Assembly (NCBI RefSeq): GCF_006345805.1
Contig: NC_043022.1
Span: forward strand, 16,554,001-16,618,000
DNA from: Octopus sinensis
Lineage: Eukaryota
DNA: 64,000 nucleotides
Direction of reading: 5' to 3'
The notes beneath the pieces are model-generated. The model was not told the origin of the DNA. It saw only the letters and a list, made by a program, of their open reading frames with translations, and ran no database searches. A program made the position numbers and the translations under genes. Below are positions 1 through 12,984 of the stretch, in pieces. Each line of letters opens with the position of its first letter. Position 1 is the first letter of the stretch.

Positions 1-59
1 AATCCCTTTGTTTGTCCCGTCTGTGTTTAGCCTCCTGTGGGCAATAAAAAAAAAAAAAA
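1..59 (+). mobile_element. SINE family A, 3' end (cut by window edge)
   Basis: Matches the tail of 3783-4012 (aatccctttg...tgtttagcc...tgtgggcaataaa) followed by poly(A). Confidence 0.85.
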
Positions 60-301
60 TTTTTAATTTAGAATTCCCGTGAAAAGAAAAACATCAGTTA
101 TCTTTTTATTTTATTCGGAAGCCCAGATTTTTTTAATGAAATTTTAATGATTTGCAAGTAATACTTTTTTATTTTGTGTGTGTGTGTGTGCTGTGATAGC
201 CATTACAAGTCATCTCATATTCATGAGGGGGGTGATGTGGTTTGACAAGGAAAGGACTTTTGGGGACAGCACTTCAGGTTTGAAGTGATTCAGTAAAGTG
301 T

Positions 302-530
302 TTAACCCTTTAGTGTTCACATTATTCTGCCAAAATTAATCCTTTTTTATCCACATTGCCTTGAACTAATCAGGCATTATCTTGGGGCTACGAGATTTTG
401 ATGAGGTAGCTGTTAATTTTTAAAACGATATTGTAGGGTTGGTGTGAGAGACCAGATCTGGCCAGTTTGAACATAAAACAGGCAGAATACTTTTGGCCGG
501 ATATGGCCGGTTTAAATGCTAAAGGGTTAA
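302..530 (+). mobile_element. TTAA-flanked piggyBac-like MITE, family D
   Basis: TTAA|CCCTTTAG...CTAAAGGG|TTAA termini; interior homologous to 31535-31761, 39836-40293 and 45875-46101. Confidence 0.85.
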
Positions 531-590
531 TGTGGATCTTGATGAATGAGGGAGGGATGACATGTGGAGGGGAGGCAGAGGAATTATGAA

Positions 591-654
591 GTGTTGGTCC
601 TTTCACACTGGTATGTTGGTCCCTCCACACTGCTGTGTTGGTCCCTTCACACTA
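591..654. repeat. 3 x 22-bp tandem minisatellite
   Basis: (tgttggtccyTycacactg..) repeated three times head-to-tail with no spacers. Confidence 0.8.
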
Positions 655-676
655 CTGTCTCCTTTCCCAATTACCA

Positions 677-882
677 TTCATCATCATCGTTTAGCGTCCG
701 CTTTCCATGCTAGCATGGGTTGGACGGTTCGACTGGGGTCTGGGAAGCCAGAAGGCTGCACCAGGCACAGTCTGATCTGGCAATGTTTCTACGGCTGGAT
801 GCCCTTCCTAATGCCAACCACTCCATGAGTGTAGTGGGTGCTTTTTACGTGCCACCTGCACAGGTGCCAGACAAGTCTGGCA
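677..882 (-). mobile_element. RTE-type LINE/SINE 3' end with (GAT)n tail (family F)
   Basis: Minus strand reads ...ggttggcattaggaagggcatccagccgtagaaac...catggaaagcggacgctaaacgatgatg; near-identical to 19917-20190. Confidence 0.8.
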
Positions 883-1194
883 TTGAAATGTTCAATTCCT
901 GCTATGTCAAAATACCATCTTCCATCACACACGATCCACCTGGGTCTCCTCTATTTACCAATAATTCTCACTCAGACATATTTAATGCTACACTTTTTTC
1001 AAATTATGATTCTAGGTAAACATCTGAACTGCTTCTCTTCTCCTTGTTGTGTGTCTTTCATTCAGCTGAGATTAAACCAGTTGTTTTGCTTACTGATAGT
1101 CCACAGATTGCACAACATGGCCAGGTCGTTGAGGCTAATACTGTGTTATCATTTACATAGATATGTGTGTTTGTGCAGATGTGACACACTCGTA

Positions 1195-1238
<44 letters not shown>

Positions 1239-2103
1239 CATGTGTGTGTATAAGTGTTTGTGTGCGTCTGCTACCATATGTAAGTGAATGTATATATAAT
1301 GAATGTGTACAAAAGATTGAGTAAGAAGTGACGGTGGGAGATCTAAGCAAGATAAGAAATAAGCAAAAAATAATAATAAAAAAAATAAATAGCTGAAGTG
1401 TATTGAACAAAACTATTTACGTAAGTTATGTAAGAAAATAGTAAATGCCATGAAAATAACATTGTTGTTCTCTTCAGGGAAAATAATATGAATGGAAACT
1501 GATCTAAGTTTCATCACCATCACTGTACTACATTGACCTTCGATATATATACGCACTACATACATCAGAATGGTTTAGTTTCTTCATTATTCTGCTGTAT
1601 TCATAGCTTTAGGCAATGGGGGTGGGGACAGGGTGTATCTCGGTTGCTGCTGTTTTTTTTATGAATGTTTTGTGTTCTGCCTGTTGTCATGTAAAGAATT
1701 CTTCAGTGCCTTTGTTGTTGCTTCTTGCTGATCAGAATCTTGTCTAGTTAGAGGCCCAAGAAAATAGTTGGCTGTTACAAGTGTGTAAAGGACTGTTATT
1801 GTTCAGTACTTTTATCAATAAGTCATGTTGTTTAATTCTGGTAACTTGATACCAACCAGTAAACAGTAGCTGTAGTGGTTCCTGGTCTAATACACCACTT
1901 CCTGAGATAGGTAATAAATCAACTGAAATGTCTAAATCACTGCTTTAAACATTAGAATTATCATGATGACAGCACCAACCAGTGATGTGTATAAATACGA
2001 ACTTGTCAACCGTTCAAATATGCTTGGGGCATATTTGAGCCCATAAGACCATAAGAAGGTCGTTTATTGTGTTTTGTGATGGAGAAAATTTCCCACTGTA
2101 GAC

Positions 2104-2170
2104 CAGTGTTTCTCAGCCGGTGTTCCCTGGAACCCTAAGGTTCTGCAAAAGGTTCCTAGGGATTCCATGA
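2104..2170 (+). mobile_element. hAT/Charlie-like MITE, left-end fragment
   Basis: cagtgtttctcagcc TIR-like start preceded by ctgtagac (NTCTAGAN-like target); no right end seen. Confidence 0.5.
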
Positions 2171-2261
2171 GAAAGCACGAGATAAGCTAATGCTAATTTC
2201 ATGCTCGTAATATTACTATATTTATATACACACATATATATATATTTATATATATATATAT

Positions 2262-2543
2262 GGAGGCGCAATGGCCCAGTGGTTAGGGTAGCGGGCTCGC
2301 GGTCATAGGATCGCGGTTTCGATTCCCAGACCGGGCGTTGTGAGTGTTTATTGAGCGAAAACACCTAAAAGCTCCACGAGGCTCCGGCAGGGGGTGGTGA
2401 TCCCTGCTGTACTCTTTCACCACTCTTTCTTCTATTGGCCTGCTCGCTTAGCCAGCGGGGTGGCGTCATTCGAAGGCTAAAACAATGCGAACGCATTGTG
2501 ACCAGCGATGTGTAGCAACATCTGATGGACTGGTCGATCATGT
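2262..2543 (+). mobile_element. tRNA-derived SINE family C, full length, CpG-rich (young)
   Basis: A box tggcccagtgg (2272-2282), B box gtttcgattcc (~2316-2326); 3' part shared with the RTE end at 37605-37640; flanked by (TA)n. Confidence 0.85.
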
Positions 2544-2602
2544 AATGGCGGTGCCCCGGCATGACCACAGCTTGTGAGCTGAAACTAGATAAATAAAAAA
2601 AA
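2544..2602 (+). mobile_element. Free retroposon 3' tail module
   Basis: aatggcggtgccccggcatgaccacagcttgtgagctgaaactagataaataaaa; reverse copy at 50045-50115; related to the family B tail. Confidence 0.7.
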
Positions 2603-2646
2603 TATATATATATATTATATTATATATTATATATTATATATATATA

Positions 2647-2688
<42 letters not shown>

Positions 2689-2689
<1 letters not shown>

Positions 2690-2765
2690 GAGAATGTAAA
2701 GATGGATGGAATGCCACTCAACATCTTGCCCAGCATGCTAATGATTCTGCCAGTTCCCACCCTTG
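2689..2765 (-). mobile_element. SINE family A, decayed 5' fragment
   Basis: Reverse complement resembles ...gctggcagaatcattagcatgctgggcaa... Confidence 0.5.
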
Positions 2766-3323
2766 GCCCAATATTTCAATTAGAAACAACTTGGTCAGAC
2801 TCCAAGGATGCTGGTCACTAATAAAACTGGTGGAGCAGTGGACAAAATGCCTTCCGGTCCAAAGATTGTAATAGATCAGGGTTATAGTCTTTTGGAATTA
2901 AATCCGACCATTCGGTTTCTTAATGATGCCAATAAAAGGATCTCATAGAGAATGTTTTTTTCCTAATGTTCATCTCAAATGAAATGGTGTGTTTATTATT
3001 TTTGTCACATTATCTCACTGGGTCTACACAAACATTATTACTTTCTGCATTTGACAGGATCTTTGTCGGTCAATCATAAGAATGTTTAATAACAAACTGA
3101 ACAGGAGGGGGGGGGGGGAAACAAACAAAAAGACCATTCAAAGACTTCAATAGTTTGGTCTCTGCTTTGAAGGATAACGGCTTTGTCTTGGGGTTATTGT
3201 TTCGTAGAATTTTCTGAGCAGAAATTTGGTTCCATTTGCTGACTTATTTGTTATAAATTTTACTTTTCTAATATTATCATTGTTGTTGTTGTTGTTTTTA
3301 CCGTTATTATTTTTGTTATTGTC

Positions 3324-3359
<36 letters not shown>

Positions 3360-3782
3360 CCAGTACATTGTATTTTAGCTGACTCAAAGTTAATTTAGAA
3401 ATTTTAATTACTCATAATTGTACCCTGAAGAATGAGATTATTAAATTACATTATGCTTATAAATTGGTACGCACACACGCACATACATACATGCATGCAT
3501 GCACACAAACACACACACAGACACACAGACACACAGACACACATACATTTTATGCTTTGGTAATTATATTTAAAAAAAATTTTTTTTTATTTTCTGAGGC
3601 TGGTGAAGGAGGAGGGGTCTTTATTAAAAAAGATTTAGTGGAAGAGCAGTCAGCCAGACTTTACAATGATCGATAAACATTGACACCATGATATTACTGG
3701 TATGTTGTATCATATTGGTTTAATTGGATGGCAGTTGGTCTTGACATCGAGTAAGAACAAAGCTACATATCATCTTACTGAA

Positions 3783-4012
3783 GGCGGCGAGCTGGCAGAA
3801 ACGTTAGCACGCCGGGCGAAATGCTTAGCGGTATTTCGTCCGTCGCTACGTTCTGAGTTCAAATTCCGCCGAGGTCGACTTTGCCTTTCATCCTTTCGGG
3901 GGTCGATAAATAAAGTACCAGTTACGCACTGGGATCGATGTAATCGACTTAATCCCTTTGTCTGTCCTTGTTTGTCCTCTCTATGTTTAGCCCCTTGTGG
4001 GCAGTAAAAAAT
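3783..4012 (+). mobile_element. tRNA-derived SINE family A, full length with 14-bp TSD
   Basis: ggcggcgagctggcagaaacg head, gagttcaaattcc B box, A-rich end; TSD tacatatcatctta at 3764-3777 and 4014-4027. Confidence 0.92.
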
Positions 4013-4247
4013 ATACATATCATCTTAGCAATCCTATTCACTCCGCTGGACCCCTCTCACGACATCTCTGTGATATCCTTAACCCTGACATGATGGACCT
4101 GTTCAAGCCTGATGTTTCCTCAACTTCTTTGTCAGTATATTGTATCCATGGATACAAGTTATTGGTTGCTGGAATGGATCAAGTTTAGCAAGAAAGATTT
4201 ATAAGATGGTTGTTGGGGTTACGGGGTTTTATATGTCAGGGGGAAAA

Positions 4248-4582
4248 GCATGGCTGAGGGGTTAAGAAGCTTGCTTCCCAACCATGTGGTCTTAGGTTCA
4301 GTCCCATTGTGTGCTGGAGCCTTTGCTAAATGTCTTCTTCTATAGCCCTAGGCTGACCAAAGCCTTTTCAGTGAGCTTGGTAGATGAAAACTGAGTAGAA
4401 GCCCATGATATATATACGTGTGTTTGTCTCCAACCACCACTTGAAAACTGGTGTTGTTTTGTTTACATCCCTTCACTTAGAAATTTGTCAAAAGAGACTG
4501 ATTGAATATAAGTGTCAGGCTTCAAGGTGGTGCCTCAGCATGGCCACAGTCCAAAACTGAAACAAGTAAAAGATAAAAAAAA
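4248..4582 (+). mobile_element. SINE family B (tRNA head, CORE-like segment, internal microsatellite)
   Basis: Homologous over its length to 53471-53912. Confidence 0.85.
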
Positions 4583-5023
4583 AACAAAGAAGAAAATTTC
4601 AGTTAAGATATTTAAATTGGATGATAGAAAGATGGTGCTGAGGACTGAGGTGACAGTTGGTGGGGATGTCTTGAAAATGTTGTTTTCTCAACATTTTTAT
4701 TCAACAGTAGCACAGAAAATGGCTGATAAAGAGACAGATATGTCAGTATTACTATCTTAAGTAGGAATATATCTCTGTCTTGAGTTTTTTTTGCCATCAT
4801 AACCTATAATCTATTTGATAGAAAATTTAGATGTAAAATTGAGTTTCTCTAATATGTATTTAAAGAAAATCCCTTCAACGTCAACGAAGTGGAGATATTT
4901 CATCCAATCGCATCACGTCTAAATCACACATTATATCATCTTAATAGTTTTCAACATTTACTGTAATAAACCATTGTGTACATGGATAGTTTTGTTCATT
5001 TAGTTATGATTGTTATGAATTAT

Positions 5024-5500
5024 GCACAGGCATTGCTGTCTAATAAGGAATTTATTTCCTAACCACATGGCTCTGGGTTCAGTCCCACTGCGTGGACCCT
5101 TCAGTAAGTGTCTTATACTATAGCCCCGGGCTGCCCAAAGTCTTGTGAATGAATTTGGTTCATGGAAACTGAAAGAAGCTCATTGTATATGTATGTATAT
5201 TTGTATGATGTATGTGCATATATATATATATATGATGATGATGATATATATATATGTGTGTGTGTGTGTATGTGTGTAGGTGGGTGTCTATGTTTATCCC
5301 CACCACTGCTCGACAATCTCTGTTGGTGTGTTTTTTTCCCCTTAACTCAGCAGTTTGGCAAAATGAGACCAATACAATAAGTGCCAGGCTTTAAAATAAA
5401 GTACTGCGGTCGATTCCTTCAACTAAAATTTCTTGAATCTGGTGCCCCAGCATGGCTGCAGTCTAATGACTAAAACAAGCAAGCAGTCTAAGATAAAAGA
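5024..5500 (+). mobile_element. SINE family B
   Basis: Head aaccacatgg..gggttcagtcccactgcgtgg; tail ggtgccccagcatggctgcagtctaatgac. Confidence 0.85.
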
Positions 5501-6017
5501 TAGAAGATAGATAGTGACTTGTTATTTTTGTCATGTGATTCTATTTTTAGAAGTTCTTCAACTCGTCTTCTTTATATTTCTGTCTCGTCGTTGTTCCGTT
5601 GGTTTAATCCACAAACAGAAACTAGATTTAAAAATCTTATTCCTTTTGCCAGTCTTAAAGATCTGCACAACCAGTATTTAACTCTGCTTCTTTCATTTGA
5701 TTTACACACACAACAATAATAAGATAATAAACCTTTGCTCATTCCATCAGCCTCAATATCCAGTCTCCCTCTTTTTCCAAACTTTCTTTTTCTTTGATTC
5801 CTGACATTCATTTATTTGTTTTTTGTTTTTACTTTAATCCCCCACAAAAAAATTGTTAGTGTAATCAGAAACATCTTTTTTTTATCTAAAAATAATTTTA
5901 AATAATAGGATTAGATGGCTTTTTTCAAAACATAGAAGCTAACACACACACACACAAAACAAACACATTCTCTCTCTCTCTGTCTCCCTCTTCTTGTTCT
6001 TTCTCTCTTTATCTCTG

Positions 6018-6037
6018 TCTATCTATCATCTATCTAT

Positions 6038-6101
<64 letters not shown>

Positions 6102-6112
6102 CATCTATCTAT

Positions 6113-6176
<64 letters not shown>

Positions 6177-6191
6177 AACTATCTATCTATC

Positions 6192-6245
<54 letters not shown>
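6018..6245. repeat. (TATC)n microsatellite
   Basis: Direct inspection. Confidence 0.95.
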
Positions 6246-6247
<2 letters not shown>

Positions 6248-6632
6248 CTACTGATATATATATATATTGTTAACCTGTTCTTTCGTCTGCTTTTTACAAT
6301 GGTTCCTTTAAAGAGGGGAAAACCCGTCACAGAGAAATTAACTGAATAAAATCAAAATACATAGTTTATAACATGATAGGTTTTTCTTAAAGTTCCACCA
6401 GTTGTTAATAATTTAGTCTATTGGACAGCTACAAGTAATCAAACTGCTATAAACAAGAGCACTGTGTGTGTATATTGGTTTCACATAAGAATGTTTGATA
6501 TGTTGGCTGCTACCAGCACTGGTTGCAGTCTGCAAGTTGTGGGCCACCATGGAGAAACCATGGCGAAACTGCTGGTGAAACTATTCAAATGTTGTTGCAC
6601 TGATCAATAGGAACAGCAGCTGACTGGGAATT

Positions 6633-6796
6633 ACATACATACACACACACACACACACACATATATATCTGTACACTTACACACATATCTATACACACAC
6701 CACGTGCACACACACACACATATGCATATATATGTGTACACACATATACATATATCTATACACACATACACATATAATCTATACACATATACACAC

Positions 6797-6827
<31 letters not shown>

Positions 6828-6852
6828 TACACATGTCTATACACACACACAC
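6633..6852. repeat. Compound (CA)n/(TA)n microsatellite
   Basis: Direct inspection. Confidence 0.9.
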
Positions 6853-7119
6853 CATTTGTTGTGGTTTTTTAATTGCTGTTGGACCGAGCTAATTCTTTGC
6901 AAACAGTGTTCAAAACCTGCCGTTCCAGCCATCACAGGGGGACAGGTTTACTATCCAAAGCCGGTTGACCTCTTGCTAAGTTGTATGGATTTTACCATCT
7001 CTGTCCCAGGTAAGGACACCCATAACAGAACAAATGTCTCGTGACTTCTTCTTTCTTCGGACTGTCCTCACCTTAAGATTTTATTTCTAAAACTGACAAA
7101 GGTTTTAAATGGTCTCTTT

Positions 7120-7155
<36 letters not shown>

Positions 7156-7247
7156 ATTATCTGGTCTCTCATTTCGAAAATTTTTTGTTTCTTCTCATGC
7201 TTGTTGTGTGTGTATATATTATGTGTGTATATATTATATATATATAA

Positions 7248-7477
7248 GGCGGCGAGCTGGCAGAACCGTTAGCATGCCGGGCGAAATGCGTAGCCGTGTT
7301 TTGTCTGCCATTACATTCTGAGTTCAAATTCTGCCGAGGTTGACTTTACCTTTCAACCCTTCGGGGTCGATAAATTAAGTACCAGATACGCACTGGGGTC
7401 GATGTAATCGACTTAATCCGTTTGTCTGACCTTGTTTGTCCCCCTGTTTGTTTAGCCCCTTGTGGGTAATAAAAAAA
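7248..7477 (+). mobile_element. SINE family A, full length, inserted in (TA)n
   Basis: Homologous to 3783-4012. Confidence 0.9.
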
Positions 7478-7547
7478 CATATATTATATATATATATATA
7501 CACACAGTTACACATACACACATGCATTTATGTGTATGTATATATAT

Positions 7548-7748
7548 CTATGCGTGTGTCTTTGTGTTTGTCTCCCAATTCTGCTTGATACTCACTGTTG
7601 GTTTATTTACATCCCCATAACTTAGTGGTTTGGGAAAAGAAACCTTATATAATAAGTACTAGGATTGATTTGTTCCACTAAACACTTCACGGCAGTGCCC
7701 CAGCATGGCCGCAGTCCAGTCAATGAAACAAGTAAAAAAATAAAAGAT
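7548..7748 (+). mobile_element. SINE family B, 3' half
   Basis: tttacatccccataacttag...gtgccccagcatggccgcagtc...gaaacaagtaaaa. Confidence 0.8.
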
Positions 7749-8907
7749 AATATTTTGAGATGTTAACAGTATACTTACTTGTATTCTTCTTAATTTCCTT
7801 TGCCTCGTTGAAGTTGAGTCCTTGATGCTTCACCTCATCAACAGAGTTGATATCATTGAATTATTAAAACCATTCTTCTCAAGAAATTTAAACTGCTGTA
7901 ACTTTTGAAGATGTATTTTAACATGAAATACAATTTTTAAATTGCAACTGCTCAATGGAATAATAGCTTTAAATTTTATAATAAATTCTATTCAATTCTC
8001 CTGCAACTCATAATTGACTTTTTTACTAATTTCTTTTATTTGTCTAAGAAATTAAAGAGACTAAGAAGCATTGGAATGCTTCCTTCCATTCTCAACCCCA
8101 TCAAACCATTTTAGTAAAATTGCTTATTGCTTCACACACAACACAACACACACACACACACACACAAACACAATTCTGTTTGGGAATTGCATATTTTGCT
8201 CTGTGTGTGTTTACTAGTTGTATAGCTTATTTGCATCTCATTAAAATATTTGATTATTATTGAAATTTATTCATATGCCTTCAGTATTCTTATACATGTG
8301 TACTTTTGTCAGTAGCTTTCTCCCAATTAGTTTTAATCGACTTCTTACTGAATAAAACACAGACAGACATTACAACCTGTATGTTCTGTCTAATCTCTTT
8401 GATCAGAGATTCGGCTGAGTGAAGTTTTATTTTTCCCATTCAGCTGTCTGCAATAATTAGTTTTTCCTTGAATTGCTTCCATTTAAAACAGTTAAATTAG
8501 AAGAACAAAATAGTTAACAGGGAATAAATTCCAGACTTGTGAATGTGGTTCAGTAGAAAGTGTGTGACGTGGAAACTTAAGATTCTAAGTTACACATTTT
8601 ACCTGCAACACCATGCTTGTACACAGACAAACAATAAAGGCCCAGTGACTGATGGACCCAAACCTATCAGGTCCATAAGAGGTGGGGCAACAACTGCTGT
8701 CTGATTATGAACCTTTACAACCTTAAAACTTCTTATCTCTCCTGTGTCATTTAGATCTTCTCCTGATCACAATTAACAAAGTTATCTCCCCATGCGAATA
8801 AGCATATACTTCAATATAGAATTGTATAGATATGTTTATATATATAAATTGTTGATATCCCCTTGAAGTGTATACCTATTTTAGACAAATATGTACTGCA
8901 CTTGCAA

Positions 8908-8924
8908 CATATATATATATATAT

Positions 8925-9001
<77 letters not shown>
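8908..9001. repeat. (TA)n microsatellite
   Basis: Direct inspection. Confidence 0.95.
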
Positions 9002-9005
<4 letters not shown>

Positions 9006-9208
9006 ATCCAAACATGAAAACACAAAAAAACACAACACGAGGATGTGGAACAAAATTAGTATTATTGGACACTCGGGAAAGAAGGGAAGAAGGAGGGTTT
9101 AACGTTTCGAGCGGAGCTCTTCGTCGGAAACATAGGAGAAGGAAAGATCCCGAGAAGGGAAGAGAGAGGAAAAAAATTGCCAACTGTACACACGAGGTCA
9201 CATTTTGA
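9001..9208 (-). mobile_element. Short non-coding Penelope-like element carrying a hammerhead motif
   Basis: Contains acgtttcgagcggagctcttcgtcgga; on the minus strand its 3' end runs into (TA)n; PLE assignment inferred from the known association of minimal hammerheads with PLE termini. Confidence 0.65.
9097..9131 (-). ncRNA. Minimal type-I hammerhead ribozyme motif (core variant CCGACGA)
   Basis: Minus: GUUU-CCGACGA-A-GAGC(UCC)GCUC-GAAA-CG-UU-AAAC; stem I GUUU/AAAC, perfect stem II, palindromic stem III; U4->C deviation from CUGANGA. Confidence 0.65.
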
Positions 9209-10339
9209 AGACTCCGATGACAATGGCATTTATTTTAAAGTGGTTCAGTTCTTCATTTGCTCAACAGACTGATCAGCTGACCATGAACGCACCTGTGATG
9301 CGCATCAGAAACAGCTGTTAGTCAAAATTGCACAAATGAAGAAATATGTAAAGCCCATTCTTTATGCCTCTCCTTGTATATTGTTCTGTGAAAAAGACCA
9401 GATTAACTGGGAAATACAACCATGGATTTACAAAATTGACTGGTGATGGACTTCAACCTCTGACCTTGTCCTTAAGATTATCTGGAGTTCTTTACTAATC
9501 TGAAAACATTTTGTTAGCCTGGTATATTTCTATTAACAGAGAGCTTGTTAAGTATTTTGCCCTGATTGGCAATCCCTTATCAATAAGCACACACACACAC
9601 ACACACCACACACACACATCTGAGGTCCAGTGTTGCTGTTGGTTGTATATGCGTATGTGTAAGCTTATGCAAATGTTTGTATTTGTGTTGTGACTGAATA
9701 TACTTGTTATATTGTGAAATTTCATTGGTCACGGAATTTTATCCCAATGTGTTCAGCCGAAATGAACTTAATCAAATAAAGTGGAATCTCCTGATAGAAT
9801 TTCTTTGAATACAAATTAAGAACAAATATTTCTATTGTTGGAAAATAACTGAAAGGTGTCATCAGTATTTACTATGTCACATGGTCTTTCATTGTTATTT
9901 TCAATATCCTTATAAACTGATCAATTTTAATAATTTAATTCACTGCAATTTTAACAAAATAATTCACCATGAATTTTCATTTCATTCATCCATTCATTGG
10001 AAATAAAGATGTGTATATTTATTTTTAATACATTCCTGTACACTAGAATGTGAAAGACATTCACTGGTGGATCACTTTACAGACTTTTTCAGCAAAAACA
10101 CATTGAGTTGAGCTCCAGATATATGATGTAGTATCTGCTACAGAAGAAGTAAAAACACACCAAAACTCTGTGTCTGGTTGTCCACTGACCTCACTTGAAG
10201 CTCAGCTTGAAGTTTTTTTATGTACAGTCTCATCCTCCTCCTCATCTAATGACTCTAATTCATGCTTACATGGACTACATTGATCATCAGAGTCTGAGGA
10301 GGCTGAGCACTGGCAGTGATCTCCTATGTCTGCTGTGGC

Positions 10340-10500
10340 AAGGTCAGTGTGGCTATTGTCTTTTCTAATGCCAACCACTTTACAGAGTATACTGGGTGCT
10401 TCTCATGTACCGGCACTTGTGAGGTCACCAAGTAACTTCCAAAACAAGACCCCTTGGGCTGCAGTATTGAGGGAGGTGGCTTTGTTCCCTGTGCTGAGTG
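10340..10500 (-). mobile_element. Family F / RTE-tail fragment, decayed
   Basis: ctaatgccaaccactttacagagtatactgggtgct resembles 808-845. Confidence 0.55.
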
Positions 10501-10996
10501 GCTAAAGTAGAAAGACAGGATGGGAACTGGTATTTTGCTCTAGAGGAGATACATGGGTACCTCAGCCAGAAAGGGAGAAAGGATGGTGAATAGAGAGAAA
10601 ATAGGGACAGAGGATCAATGATGCCTAGATAGGTACATAGGTTAAGTTCATGAAAATGTGAAGGGAGATTGATAACCAGTAGAGATAAAGACAGAGGTAA
10701 AAGTAATGAATGAAAGAGCATGAATGGAAGAAGAATGGACAATGGTGAGTCTGAGTTTGAGGGAATGCAATGAAAATAGGAATGCATCATGAAGGAGGAG
10801 CTGATAGGTGGTAATACATGCATAAAAAACAAGTCTGTAGAGAGAAAATTCGTTTCTCAAAGGTGAAATCCTGCAGTGAATGCCTTTCAGATTTGAGTAT
10901 ACAGAGGTGTGTTAAAAATAAATGTATACATCTTTATTTTGATCTTTACTGCTTTGTCTACATATATTAAATGAAATAGTTATTTTCCAGAATTTC

Positions 10997-11010
10997 ATAT
11001 ATATATATAC

Positions 11011-11075
<65 letters not shown>

Positions 11076-11106
11076 TATATACACATATATATATACATAT
11101 ATATAT

Positions 11107-11200
<94 letters not shown>
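10997..11200. repeat. (TA)n microsatellite
   Basis: Direct inspection. Confidence 0.95.
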
Positions 11201-11203
<3 letters not shown>

Positions 11204-11321
11204 GTTTAATGTACACAATATATAGTTATGAGCTACTAATAGTTTCATACATTGGAGATATTTTCTTGTCAGGTTGAAACCATTAGTCATTCATAACCAT
11301 ATATTTTGTTCATTGAACAAT
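11201..11321. repeat. Fold-back inverted repeat, 47-bp arms
   Basis: 11201-11247 versus 11275-11321: 39/47 complementary by manual count; 27-bp spacer. Confidence 0.8.
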
Positions 11322-12292
11322 ATTTCTCTCTCACCAGATGGAGCACTTTTTTTTTTGTTGCTGTTATATATTTTCAAGGACAAGTTGTCTTTCACTGGAG
11401 GGTAAGTCAAAAAAGTAGTTATGAAGTCTGCTTCACAATGATGAGAGTGTGTGTTTGATTTCACGGAGGGGCATCTTGTGTAAAAGCTTCTTCCTCTGGC
11501 TTCGGGTTGCTGATTGATAGGGAACACTGGAAATTTCAATGAACCAAAAGGAAATATTATTACATAATAAATTGGAGAAAATGAGGGAGATGCAGAGAAA
11601 GTAGGGTTGCATCTTTTTCTGTAAAATTGGGTACAAAAATAATGAAACAAAAAATAAATATATAAACAACTAAAACAAATAAAATAAAAATGTGTTTTTC
11701 TGTCAATAGAAATGTATGAATCAAAGAAAATTATTTGTGTGAAATAAGTTTTCTTAGTACAACTTTCTCACGCAGATATACTGTGTCAGATGTATGAAGA
11801 AGGGTTGAGGGGAGAGAGAGAGAGAGAGAGAGAGTAGAAGAGTATTTGTAATGTGAGCAAAGTATAATCAGACTTAAAAATAGAGTTTGTAAACAGAGTA
11901 GCTTTGGGAACAATTGCAGACTGTCTCTTGTAATGTGAGTTGGGTAGAGTTAAAAAGAGTATGGTGACAGAAGGGGTCCACAAGGCTGGGTATTGAAGGG
12001 GGATAGAACTTGGTCAATTAAGCAGGGCTGACTTTGGTTAAAGAACAGGGAGGAGAAAAAATAATAAATAAATAAAGCAGGATAAAGGAGAATATTTATT
12101 TTTTAATTTCTGAAAGTGTTTCTTTAGTCCAGAATAAAGTTTTAAAATGTAAGAGAAGGATGCCAATGAAGGCAACCATACTTACGAGATAAATGTGAGA
12201 GGGACGAAAGGGGAGGAATCTGGTCTAATATTAGAGACAACACAAATATTCTGACTTAGAGGTAAACATTGCTTTGATCCTGCTGGAATTTG

Positions 12293-12519
12293 TTAACCTT
12301 TTAACTGTGAAATTAAATTTTATGATTATTCCAGTAACAATGTCAAATATCTACCAGAAAATAGAATTGCTATTTTCTGCAACTCACTTTGCCTCAACAA
12401 ACTTGATCTATCTGAACGAAAAATAGTTTCAAATATGACATTCCTCCACAAAAGAGAGACTGGTATACAAAAAAACTGCTTTCCACAGTTGATGTTGTAT
12501 TCTGTAATAAAAGGTTTAA
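12293..12519. mobile_element. Putative TTAA-flanked MITE (decayed, unique interior)
   Basis: TTAA|CCTTTTA...TAAAAGGT|TTAA; 227 bp like the other TTAA MITEs. Confidence 0.5.
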
Positions 12520-12984
12520 GACAGAAAACTCAAAACTAATCAAGTTTCTCTCTCTATCTCTCATATAAAGCCTGCTACTAACAAATCTATGGCATGAGAA
12601 AATTATTTATTTAATAAATGACTCACTTGTCATTTGAGTAGGGGTCAGATTCTTCTCACTGAAAGGGTCATTGAAACCTATTTTGCACCATCTTTGAAGT
12701 ACTGTCTGATGGAATTATCAGGAAATTCCTGGATTTCAATGCATGAGGAATTCTGCCAGATTTCCCCAAATTCCTGGAAGTAACCTCTTGTAACATCAGT
12801 AACACTCTAGCTTATTGTGCAGCCACACTCGAGTAGTTCCCATGCTTACAATCACAGACTCACTCACATCTTCGCATACTTTTAATTTTTCAACACCTTG
12901 CCTAAAGTCACCACCATTTCTCTTATTTTCACCTTTCATTTGTATGGGCCCTTTAGTCTTGTGAGTTACAAGTTGGTCCCACTG

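Noticed and set aside
591-654. CRISPR-like appearance of 22-bp repeats
   Set aside because: Head-to-tail with no unique spacers, eukaryotic context, no cas genes
2262-2335. tRNA gene
   Set aside because: A and B boxes are present but continue into a SINE body and tail; no complete cloverleaf was evident
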